DNA of 63,761 nucleotides, the filler included, from Octopus bimaculoides (taxonomy: Eukaryota): the NCBI RefSeq assembly GCF_001194135.2. It is 7 parts of 7 records of this genome, joined end to end, with 100 filler letters (N's around TTAATTAATTAA, not from the genome) between each part and the next. Parts side by side here need not be neighbours in the genome. Positions count along the whole stretch, not along the records: positions 36,774 to 47,300 come from NC_069004.1; positions 47,401 to 54,265 come from NC_068990.1; 5 more parts are not named here. One strand, written 5' to 3'. The notes beneath the pieces are model-generated. The model had not been told where the DNA came from and searched no databases. It was given only the letters and a program-made list of their open reading frames with translations. Made by a program: the position numbers and the translations under genes. Below are positions 36,801 to 47,438 of this stretch, piece by piece; the stretch's first letter is position 1; each line of letters starts with the position of its first letter.

Positions 36801-37674
36801 ACTAGTAATTTGACTCCTGATAAGTTCACTCCCGGAAATTTCCGGAAATTTCACTCCTGATATTAAAAAAATAAATAAAACGTCAAATAAAGATAAAACA
36901 GAAAATACAGTAAAAAAATTAAAATATTAGCAAAAGCTTCAATAACGATGAAGGTTATGAGCTATTACTCGTAAAATATCCCATCCATCTTATTTTCGGG
37001 ACTATATCGCTCAGTAATTATCTGCAGCCGTTTGTTTATATCTTTATACAGTAATCCCTCTCCGTATAGCGGCTCACTTATCGCGGTTTATTATGTAAGC
37101 TTACATCGATTCTTCCGTGGTGTTGTTTTGTATTTATAATGAAATAAACATATACAAATTATAAAAATAATTTAAAAAATATATATACTGTTTCTACTTC
37201 GCGGATTTTCACCTATCATGGGGCGTTTTGGAACGTAAAACCCGCGATAGTCGAGGGATTACTGTACTTTTTTTTTTAGTTTCTCAGATCTCACCTCGAT
37301 CAAATTCAAACTTTCTCAGTTGTGCCGAGTGTTCTTCCCTTTTCAATGCAGTAATTAATTTCGATACGTTCGGAGATCTGCGAGACCAAAGAAAAGAAGA
37401 AAGATATAAACAAACGGCTGAAGAAAATAAGATGGATTTTTTTACGAAAATAAGATGGATTTTTTTACGAAAATAAAATGGATTTTTTTACGAGTAATAA
37501 ATAACTCATAACTTTATTGAAGCTTTTAGTAATATTTTAATATTTTACTATACTTTTTATTTTATCTTTATTTAATGTTTTATTTTGTTCTAATATCTGG
37601 AGTGAAATTACCAGGAGTAAAATTGACTGGCAGTCAAATTACCGGGAGTGAAATTACCAGAGTCAAATTAGAAC
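36801..37674. mobile_element. Foldback/MULE-like element with about 250 bp imperfect inverted arms
   Basis: Left arm TAATTTGACTC...GCCGTTTGTTTATATCTTT mirrors right arm AAAGATATAAACAAACGGC...GAGTCAAATTA; the right arm has a triplicated unit of about 23 bp (GAAAATAAGATGGATTTTTTTAC). Confidence 0.8.
37049..37264. mobile_element. pogo/Tigger-like MITE nested in the foldback element
   Basis: TA-CAGTAATCCCTC...GAGGGATTACTG-TA, perfect 12 bp TIR and TA duplication. Confidence 0.9.
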
Positions 37675-37857
37675 TTTATCTATATTGTGGAAAACGGAAA
37701 ACTGGATGAGGTTAAATGTGGTCAACTTCTGATGGAAAAAAAATTACATATACCTGTTTGGATTTGAGAAGGACGTAATTCTATCGGATAAGATCAAAGC
37801 AGAGTGTTTAAAGCGGAGTCTACTGGGTGAGAAGGGAAGGCAAAATAGAGTGAGAGA

Positions 37858-38075
37858 CCTGGGCAGCGAGCTGGCAGAATCGTTAGCATGCTGGGGCAAA
37901 ATGCTTAGCGGCATGTCATCTGTCTGAGTCCAAATTCTGAGTTCAGTTCTGAGTTCAAATTCCACCGGGGTCCCCTTTGCCTTTAATCCTTTCGGGGTCG
38001 ATAACAATAAGTACTAGGTGATTACTGGGGTCAGTGTAATCGACGTAAAATGCTGCTTTGAAATCGCTGGTCTTG
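37858..38075 (+). mobile_element. SINE family A
   Basis: GGCAGCGAGCTGGCAGAATCGTTAGC...GAGTTCAAATTCC...TCCTTTCGGGGTCGATA...ACTGGGGTC. Confidence 0.85.
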
Positions 38076-38383
38076 TGACTTACAACATGAGAGTTGGGGT
38101 CCTGCTTACAGACACCTATGACATAATATAAGATGCCAAGATGTTCAGTATCCTATCAACTCAGTCTTAAACATGAAATTGTACAAAGAATAAATTTTAT
38201 TAATGTTTATAAAACTTTCAATCCTTTCTCTGATTGAAATTTAGGCTAAAACGGGTCTTAGCGTTTTCTTAAAGACCAAAACAACTCTCAAATACGTTTA
38301 AGATAGACAAAATGAAACACAAATGAAACAATACGTTGAACTAAATTTTACTCTTCTCAGTTTACTCTTCTATTCCCTTTCAG

Positions 38384-38567
38384 AGGTGGGCTTATCTACA
38401 GAGCATGTAAAGTAGATTTAAATGAGATGCTTACGGTTGTAGAGGTAGCGATTAATGCCCGGAATGAGAGCTTCAAATATCTACTTGAGAAACTTTATTT
38501 ACATATTGAAAAGAAAAATGGTTTATATCAGCAACAGGAGTCAGTTATTGAAGAGCATTTCAGAGAG
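38384..38567 (+). CDS. Unidentified alpha-helical/coiled-coil protein, exon A
   Basis: Pyrimidine tract plus TTTCAG acceptor (alternative AGs at 38360 and 38385); GGLIYRACKVDLNEMLTVVEVAINARNESFKYLLEKLYLHIEKKNGLYQQQESVIEEHFRE; phase-0 GTCAGT donor, in frame with exon B. Confidence 0.6.
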
Positions 38568-38797
38568 GTCAGTGAGTTTGATTTCCAGGTTTTCATCTAT
38601 AAAGATTTAATTGTTAATAAGAGAGGAAGTTCTTTTATTGTTGTTTTGACAGCTCAGTAAAGTAGCAAAGTCTGGTGTCCAGAGAAAATCATACTCCTTA
38701 CCAAGCAGACTTGGTAGGGTTGCCCGTTTCTTTGCCGATCAGGTTGTATTCATTTTTAACATCTCTATTATGTGTTACATACAATGGCTAGCTGTAA

Positions 38798-39090
38798 GTG
38801 AGGGCGCGTGGCTCAGCAGTTAGGATATTCGGCTCGCGACCTTAAAGGCGTGAGTTTGATTCCCGGCGGCGCGGTTGTTCCAGTCCAATCAGCTGGTAAA
38901 AATTATTAGTACTTGTGCTTCAAAGGGCCAATTCTGTCACATTCTGTGTCATGCTGAACCTCCCTGAGAACTACGTTAAGGGTGCACGTGTCTGTAGAGT
39001 ACTCAGCCACTAGCACACTACTTTCATGAGCAGATTGTTCCGTTGATCGGATCAACTGGAACACGCAATGTTATAACTAACGGAGTACCA
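38798..39090 (+). mobile_element. SINE family B, diverged
   Basis: tRNA-like head GGCGCGTGGCTCAGCAGTTAGG...CTCGCGAC...TTCCCGG, and body matching the reverse complement of 46285-46662. Confidence 0.85.
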
Positions 39091-39569
39091 GTTATGGATA
39101 GCCTTAGCCGAGAAAGGTAAATTAACTCGATAAAACATTTCCATGACGAAATGAAGGTGTGAGTCAGGATTGGAGTGGGTGGGGGGAGTAAGCCCTCTGA
39201 ACACCTACTGAAAGAGGCGCTCATCGTAATAAAGAGTGTAGGTCCCTAACAGAGCTGAAAAGCCACGTCTGTCTGTTCTGTTCTTGCTAAAGAGAACAAT
39301 CAAGTGATGGCATTGCTTGAAATTGGGTGGCAGCCATCAAGTATGTATAAATACATGTATTCGTATACACGGGGAACAATGTTATTTTTTTGTTTTATGC
39401 TTTACATTTCTGGAATTTTCATAATGCTATTTTCTTTATTTAAGCTAGTTTGAAACAATAAAGTCCCTAAATTCATATTCGACTTATCCAGACCTTCACC
39501 TCGAAGTTGATTTGGCGCCGGTGTCGTTTCATATACATTAGTTGAATTCACATAGACTTTTCCGACAGA

Positions 39570-40760
39570 CATTTTTTATTTGGCTTCTTTGTCAGCAGTC
39601 ACTATTGCCCACCTTCCTTTTTTCCCTTTTTTTCGAGGTCTCCACCTCCTCGACTGCCTCCATCTCTCCCTCCCTCCAAAGGAGGAGGGGATGCTACTTT
39701 TATTAACTGCTCCAGAACCCTACTTTGGTCCTGGGGACAGTTCTTCTTAATATGGCCCGGTTCCAGGCACAGATGACACTTGTGGGGGCGTCCCTCAAGT
39801 ATCACTGGGTACCTGCAACCGGTCATTTTCAAAAAATCTAGAAATACCAGATCTTTAGCGGCTGATTGGGTCCATAGGGTCAAAACAGCTTTTGACCCCN
39901 NNNNNNNNNNNNNNNNNNNNNNNNNNNNNNNNNNNNNNNNNNNNNNNNNNNNNNNNNNNNNNNNNNNNNNNNNNNNCACATTTAAAAGCTTGGGCCCACA
40001 ACCACCCAGACCCCGGCGGATAGTGTCCTCTATCCATTCCGGTTCAATGCCCGGTGGCAGCCCACAGACCCAAGCTCTTGTTCATTTCTTTCTACTATAT
40101 GTGGGAAGAAATAGAATCTTTTGCCCTTCTAATGGCTGGCTCGCATATTTGCGAGCCACCTCAGGGGTGTCAAATAGCAGCCACACCGTTGCATATCTAA
40201 CACCCCTAGAAATAAACTTAATAGTTGGCAGATGTTCTGCCAACTCTTTTTCTATTTCTGTCTTAGGAAAGATTGCGATGGTGTCGAGTGACTTAGAATA
40301 AGTCCTCAACACCACCGTTCTTTCCTCTAAGTTTTTTAGCCATTGATTGGGTGGGATGATTTTCCACTCCGATGCAGTGCTCAATTTCTTCGCCATGCTT
40401 TGAAGAAGTTTAGGAAACAGTTCAAAACAAAAGCCTAAACAAAGTCAAAAAACAGTTTGAAGGAAGACAAAGAAGATAAATAGAAAGAAGGAAGACAGTT
40501 CAAAACACGGCAACACACAATTCCGACCAACCGGTACTCCTGGTCAACAAGTACTCCAGAGGGTACTCCAAAAGCGAACAGGGACACAGTAGCAGGAATA
40601 CAGCTTCAAAAAAATCCACCACAAGTTAGTAAAAATTCAGAAAATATTTTCACAAAAAATTTCACAATTTTTGGAGGCGGGATACGCCCCCAAAACAGTA
40701 CTTTTCTCACAGCTAAGTGAGATAGCGCAACTATAGGCAGACAAATTCGCCGGAATCCAG
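39570..40760 (-). mobile_element. Second gag/ORF1-like zinc-knuckle element without polymerase
   Basis: T-rich 5' UTR with three GGAGTAC motifs; AAGCATGGCG start; MAKK..RTVVLRT..ATVWLLFDTPEVA..LPTY, then after a stop and a gap VILEGRPHKCHLCLEPGHIKKNC (CCHC); stop, then AATAAA about 20 nt later. Confidence 0.75.
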
Positions 40761-41062
40761 TGAGGATTTCTTGTTCGGAAAAAAAGGACAACAAACAACA
40801 AACGCCGACTGCATCTCAAAAAAACAAAACAAATGTCCTACTTTATAGCTACGCTTTCACAGTTCTTCGATTGAAGACCGCTGCAAAGCAACGTCTTGGC
40901 AACACCAGTGCAGAAGTAAAACTAACTACGCATGCGCGTAAGCGAGCTACTTACTGCACGGTGCAACTACTTACTCACTCAAAACGAATTCACGTACAGG
41001 AACTTCTCGGGCTCTTGATTCTAAGATGTGGTCACATTCGGTCAGGAGTCGACTTCCACTAT

Positions 41063-41220
41063 AGATCGATGGATAGATTGATGGATAGATTGATGGATAG
41101 ATCGATGGATAGATCGATGGATAGATCGATGGATAGATCGATGGTGGGGTGGATGGATGGATGGATGGATGGTCGGATGGATGAATGGATTGATGGATGG
41201 ATGAATAGATAGGTAGATGT
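41063..41220. repeat. 12 bp minisatellite (GATAGATCGATG)n grading into (GATG)n
   Basis: Direct inspection; about seven units. Confidence 0.9.
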
Positions 41221-41465
41221 ATATATAGATGGATAACTGGATGTGTGTGTACGTATGTCTGCGTTTATGCTTATCATCAGTTAAATATTCTTGTGTTTTG
41301 ATTACGTCCTCTGGTGCCGCACAACTTCAAATTCAACGAAAAAAGAACAATAAAATACATGAGACTGAAATCAATATCAAGGGAAGGGATTGCTCCAGCA
41401 TTGCTGCAGTTCAATGACTAAAACCAATAAAAAATAATGGAATTTATTTTAACTTTGTTTGACAG

Positions 41466-41561
41466 ATAAACAAACTCCAGGCCATTGCACGTCGGGTCAA
41501 AGACGAGAAAATAGAAGCAAAAGAATTATATGATTTAGACATTGCTAGCTTCAAAGCTCAG
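41466..41561 (+). CDS. Coiled-coil protein, exon B (96 nt, phase 0-0)
   Basis: TTTGACAG acceptor, INKLQAIARRVKDEKIEAKELYDLDIASFKAQ, GTAAGT donor. Confidence 0.7.
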
Positions 41562-41619
41562 GTAAGTAAATTTGGTTGCATTCATTTGAAAAATTTTTTA
41601 TTTCCATCAATCTTTCTAG

Positions 41620-44200
41620 ATGTCCAATAGCTGAGAGGATACGCCAGGGAGCTATTGACTATACTTATCTGTTCTTAACCCAAATTAAAATATTAATTTG
41701 CTCTTTTTTTTTCCTCACCTCGCTCTCCTGTTCTTGAACTGCAAATGTATAGCCTTCGAAGTAGCGGTCACGAGTCCAAGCAAGGCTTCACTTCATGTCA
41801 ATGTTACAATCTTCCTCAAGTCTACGAGAAACATACCCATGCATGGTCTTTTTTGGTACCTGAACGTTTCATCTCCAGGTCCTCTTTGAAGTATGCTAGT
41901 CCAGCTGACTTGGGGTTGTATAGGAGGTCATCAGGAAGAGAGTACTTCCTGAGGAGCTCACTTCCAACACGTAGGATATTACTTTCTTCACTTTTCAGCA
42001 CTACGTTTATGTATTTATATTTGCTGCTGTTGTTCAGCAAGTGCAGTCTGAGAGAGACTATGTGACATTCAAAGGCTGCATTGCTTTCAAGTCCCTACTT
42101 CCTTTATTTCTTCTTAGGTAGAACCTGTCGATATCACTATTTTTGCGGAGATTTCCAATTGATGTTAGAACCTTACGGGTTTTAATGTCTATGGAATGGA
42201 TTTCTTCTACAGACTAGTCAAGTATCCCAACTGTTGAAATTAGCACTGATACTGCAAATGCATTGTGGAATATTGTCTTGCTGTGAGAGGAGAGGTCAGA
42301 CTGCCATATTTTTCTTAGTCTGGTGTAATATTCCTAGGTCACTCTATCTTTATTCCCAGTACCTTGGTATGATATATTTTCATCAATGCTAAGATATTTG
42401 TAGCATTATTTATGTGGGGCAGAAGAGATAGTGAGACTATTGATGCACCGGTTGTATGTCAGAGGGAACTGATTTTCCCCGTTCAACAATTAAATAACAT
42501 CTCTTTTGGCCAAATTCGATTCCTATGTCAGCTGAAAATGGTGTTAAATCCAGTTGTTTTATTTTTTTATTCAGTTATTTATTGGTATTGTTAACATTCT
42601 TAGCATAAATCTTAAGGTTATTCACAAAACAATTAGGAGTTACATTAATGTCTCTTGCAGTTTCAGAACCCAGCGTGTAGTTATTTGGAGGGTTTCTTTT
42701 ATAGTGGGAATGATAATGGGTTTAACGCCAAGATGAACAGAAGTATAGAGAGACTATCACCCTGGAATATTCCCTTCGAAATATTTATGGCCTTGGAGAC
42801 GATCGTTCCACTCTCTGTTCTAAGTGTGAGGATTGTGGTCCAGGTCTTTGTGCGCCTGTCAATAACAGCAATTAAGGTAGCAGGCACTTTTGTCAAATGG
42901 AAACATTTCAGCAGCCATGAGTGGGGAATAGATTCAAATGCCTTCCTATAATCAAGCCATACTGTTGTACGGCTCCCATGATGTTTTTTTGTTTTGCTTT
43001 TGTTTTGTTACAGTACAGCTTTGTTTATCAGAAGTTGTTCGACACATCCCCGCACCCCTTCTTTCTTCATCAGTCGCTATGTTGTTGGAATCACAGTGAT
43101 CCTGGAGGAATTGGTTGAGGCAGCTTTTGTACAGTTTGTACATAATGTTTAAGTAAGCAATGGGCCTGTAGCTTTCAGACAACTCGGTTGGTTTCATTCT
43201 TGGCCACGAGATTCGTCCATATAATAGCAAGCCAATTTGATATGTCAATCTGAGCTTCCATAGTAATTTTGAATATATTAAGTGGCTTTCTATAAAATGT
43301 CAGCCTCTTATGCTAATATCCAGCTATTAGGGCCTTTCAATGTGCCTTCCCGTTACACAGTTTGCCTACAGCTATAAGTGAAAATTTCCGGGTCTATTGC
43401 CTATGTTTTACTGTTGATGTTGGTACAATATTCTCTCTTTACTGCATTTAGCCATGATGCATTGAGGTTGAAACTCCTCTTTTCGTTCCAGATTTTCAAC
43501 CAAAATGATTTAGCATCTTCTTGAGATGGGGCTTTCTTATTGGTAATATTTTCTTCCCTCATCTCTCCATATACTGTCTGTGGGTTAGCAACAAACTTGT
43601 GATATATGCAGACTTGTTCAAAAATTCGCTTGCGATAGGAAAGATTTTCGTTCAGAGCCCTGGGTGCATGTTTTAGAGTGATTAACCTTCCCTCAAGAGC
43701 TTGTTGTGGAGAGTCACCATACAGTTTTATTAATTTGTTTATTAAGATGTAACTGATGTGATGTGAGCTCATTGTTCCTCTTACATCTTATCATCGTGGT
43801 TAGCTATCTAATATGGCAGCGTAGTACTTTCATCACCATGTACACTGCAAATTTCTCCAAGGTGTTCTTTAAGAGTTATAGCAGCCGTGTATACGAGAGT
43901 ATTACTACTCCAGTAATTAACACCACATGATTCCATTTGCTCTGCAGCGACATCGTCGATAACTTTCAACATTAAAGCTGTTGGAAGTTTTCTTAATCTT
44001 GCTTAGAATGGCTTATTACTTAACGATAGTTTCGAAAAAGTAGGAAAAGAAGTAGACATTTCTAAAGTATTCTACAGTTGTCTTTTTTGGCTCGGCTACA
44101 TTTGGAGAGATACGAGAATTTAGAGATGACCGCAGTTTGTTTATATTATTTCCGATCTCTTTACTGGCAGGTTTTGACCAGTTCTGTGTTTTGAGAAGAT
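41620..44200 (-). mobile_element. R4/Dong-like non-LTR retrotransposon fossil (RT and flanking domains)
   Basis: NTLVYTAAIT, FWLKIWNE...NLNASWL, YRPIAYLNIMYKL, WIDYRKAFESIPHSWL, GIFQGDSLSILLFILALNPLS, degenerate YxDD (FVNNLK), EGYTFAVQEQE; many stops and frameshifts. Confidence 0.88.
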
Positions 44201-44555
44201 CGATTTACGTCATGACAGCATGTATGTATGCATGTATGTATGTATGAATGGATGTATGGATGGATGCATGCATGTATGTATGCATGCATGTATGTACGTA
44301 CTACGTATGTATGTATGTATGTATGTATGTATGTATGTACATGTGCTGTGATTACGCGGACCTAAAAATGACTGCCTCTATGCTGTCTCTTTCTCGCATA
44401 ACCTAGCTATTAAACAAAGAGTGGATAAATAATTAGTAGGCAGAAATATGTGCTAGGGTCTATTTGTATTCCCAAACCCTTGAAAACAGTCCCCCAGCAT
44501 AGCCATATTCCAATGACTGAAACCAATAAAAGAATAAAATGATTGACTTTGACAG

Positions 44556-44651
44556 ATATTGATACTTCAAGAACAAATTAGTCGAGTTAATACAAGAATA
44601 GAGGAAAATGAAACGAAAAGTAAAAATGAAATGAATATTCTTCAGCAAACG
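44556..44651 (+). CDS. Coiled-coil protein, exon C (96 nt, phase 0-0)
   Basis: TTTGACAG acceptor, ILILQEQISRVNTRIEENETKSKNEMNILQQT, GTAAGT donor. Confidence 0.7.
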
Positions 44652-45736
44652 GTAAGTCGGTTTAAATTCCCTTTTTTGTATCCCTATCAATCTACAAAGA
44701 AGTTGTGTTGTAATGAGGTTCAGTTACTTGTCTTCTAACTGCATTTACCTGCCCGCAACCCAAGTAACATTACCTCTTTATTCTTTATCTTGTTTACCAC
44801 AGAATATTTTGATGAACAAGCATGCTATAATGAATAAGTCCCAATCCTTAGTCACTGATATGTAGTTTCCTATAGTAAGGAGATTCAACTGCTGAACGTT
44901 CCAAGAAATAGGATGCAGTTTGTTTGTGAATTTTCCACTACGGGGTGTTCCACTTTCACAGCACGGGGTTACACAACACTTGGAGCAGTGAACTTCTCTT
45001 TACCTCCGGATTGATCAATACTTTGTGAGGAGAATTTCATCGATAGAAAAGGTGCAGATATCCTTTAAGTATCATATTCATAATCATAATCATTATATCT
45101 GCAATCCAAGCTGCATGAGTTAGATAAACCGTGGCTGTCCAATGTAGTTCATACGCTGTATTATAACCCTTCAAGATGCGTCAGAAAGCCATGATTCATA
45201 CGTTTCAGTTTTAATATGAATTACAAAGGACTGGAAGCATTTTTAAAACTCCAATCACTGTAGAAAATGTACCAAGTGCATCTTATTATGGCACCAGCGC
45301 AGTGAGCTAATCTTATGCCTTGTAAAAGTCATTATCACTTTGCAATGTCTTCATTTGTTATAAGCAGCGTGACCAAAAGGCGGGGATGCATGAGAGAGAG
45401 AGAGGAGATGGAGAGAGAGAATGAGAATGTGAAGATGAATGGAGTGAGAGAATATTAGGAGATATAAGGTAACTGGATTGAAAGGGTGGTACATGAGGAT
45501 AGTGACAGCACAAAATAGATGAGTAAAACAGAGATCACTTCGACATCTGACGTATGGCACACCGTGCACCTGTACAGGTAATGTCAAATTTGATGGAGGA
45601 AGTGAGATAATGAGCAGTACAAACATTTCATCGCTATAAACAAATCATCTGCACAGGTTGTTCAACAAGAAATTGCGGAATCGTCTTTCTAATCCTTGCG
45701 CCTGTGTGTGTTTGTGCGTTTGTGTGTGTGTATGTG

Positions 45737-45775
<39 letters not shown>

Positions 45776-46122
45776 GTGTGTGTGTAGGTGTGTGTGTATG
45801 TGTGTGTGTGTATGTATGTGTGTGAGTGAATGAGTGAGTGAGTGAGTGAGTGAGTGACTGAGTGACTGAGTGCGCATGCGCACATGTGATTATATTAACA
45901 TTGGCCAAAAACTGGTCTTGTCGTGTCCCTTGTTGTGTCCCTTTTTGGTTTGTAATCTAGTGAATCGACAAATAGTATTCGATAAAACATATTCCAGAGA
46001 TAAAGAAGTATTAGGGGGTCAATTTAATAGCCTAAACAGGCGTGGACAGTAAAACCCTACATATCTGTAATCCCATGACTAAAACTAGTAAAGAACAAAA
46101 GGTTTTATTTTAATTTTGGCAG

Positions 46123-46221
46123 ATAATAAAATGTCGATCTCATGTGGATATGCTCACTTCTGAGAAACAGAGAGCAGAGGAAACGATGAACGAGGGATTT
46201 GCGGTAGATACGAGAAGAGAG
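46123..46221 (+). CDS. Coiled-coil protein, exon D (99 nt, phase 0-0)
   Basis: TTTGGCAG acceptor, IIKCRSHVDMLTSEKQRAEETMNEGFAVDTRRE, GTAAGT donor. Confidence 0.7.
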
Positions 46222-46284
46222 GTAAGTAAATTTGGTTGCATTCATGTTTAAAACTTTTCCCGCTATCTTCCTACACGCATAATG

Positions 46285-46662
46285 TTGTTGTTGGCACTCC
46301 GTCGCTTACGACGTCGAGGGTTCCAGTTGATCCGATCAACGGAACAGCCTGCTCGTGAAATTAACGTGCAAGTGGCTGAGCACTCCAAAGACACGTCTAC
46401 CCTTAACGTAGTTCTCGGGGATATTCAGCGTGACACAGTGTGTCAAGGCTGACCCTTTGAATTACAGGCACAGCAGACACAGGAAGTAAGAGAAAGTTGT
46501 GGTGAAAGAGTACAGCAGGGTTCGCCACCATCCCCTGCCGGAGCCTCGTGGAGCTTTAGGTGTTTTCGCTCAATAAACACTCACAACGCCCGGTCTGGGA
46601 ATCGAAACCGCGATCCTATGACCGCGAGTCCACTGCCCTAACCACTGGGCCATTGCGCCTCC
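46285..46662 (-). mobile_element. Full-length tRNA-derived SINE family B with 12 bp TSD
   Basis: Minus-strand head GGAGGCGCAATGGCCCAGTGGTTAGGG...GGTTTCGATTCCC (A and B boxes), (CAA)n tail, TSD ACACGCATAATG at 46273-46284 and 46663-46674. Confidence 0.93.
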
Positions 46663-47129
46663 ACACGCATAATGAATGACAAGGTAAAGCACTATGCTGC
46701 AGAAAGCATTTAACTGGCCTCAGCTTGAATGACAACACCTCTTTTAGTGTTTTTGTTATTACTCTCCTCTTGGGTGAACGGTAAGAACTGTAATGTTAAA
46801 TTACTCAAATAAGCTGCATAGCCAGAAGCTCAAATCTATATTTATTGTGTTGCACACTCAGATAGAATATAAATAAGTAGTTTTAATGGGCAAACAACTT
46901 ATGACAAATAAGTTTCAGATCTGCCTTGCTGTTATTTGGTTTTCTGAAGTAATGAAACATAGTTGTGTCCAACAGAGTGCAAGTACAGATGTTCGCAACT
47001 ACGCGGTCCCACTTTCAATCCTACCGTGTGGCGTCCTAAGCACGGGATTTATGCTATCGCCTCCTTCGATTGACAAACAATTTGGATGGAAAATGTGCAG
47101 ATGTCTGGTGTGTGTGTTATTTCTTTACT

Positions 47130-47300
47130 ACCCACAAGGGGCTACACACAGTGGGGACAAACAAGGACAGACAAACGTAACTGGTACTTATTCAATCGAC
47201 CCCGAAAGGATGAAAGGCAAAGTCGACCTCGGCGGAATTTGAACTCAGAACGTAACGGCAGACGAAATACCGCTAAGCATTTCGCCCGGCGTGCTAACGT
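47130..47300 (-). mobile_element. SINE family A (alternative tail), cut by gap
   Basis: Reverse complement of the family A body. Confidence 0.88.
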
Positions 47301-47400
47301 NNNNNNNNNNNNNNNNNNNNNNNNNNNNNNNNNNNNNNNNNNNNTTAATTAATTAANNNNNNNNNNNNNNNNNNNNNNNNNNNNNNNNNNNNNNNNNNNN

Positions 47401-47438
<38 letters not shown>

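Noticed and set aside
36673-38567. Exon A as the C-terminus of the Nopp140 gene
   Set aside because: It does not match the SRP40_C motif, has a different composition, and is separated by an artificial linker gap.
46590-46662. tRNA-like sequence (also 38798-38875)
   Set aside because: It is the head of a SINE: continuous with the SINE body, bounded by TSDs, and without a complete acceptor stem.
46886-47242. 118 aa ORF as the next exon of the coiled-coil gene
   Set aside because: It runs through SINE-derived sequence and lacks the cassette signatures and heptad character of exons B-D.
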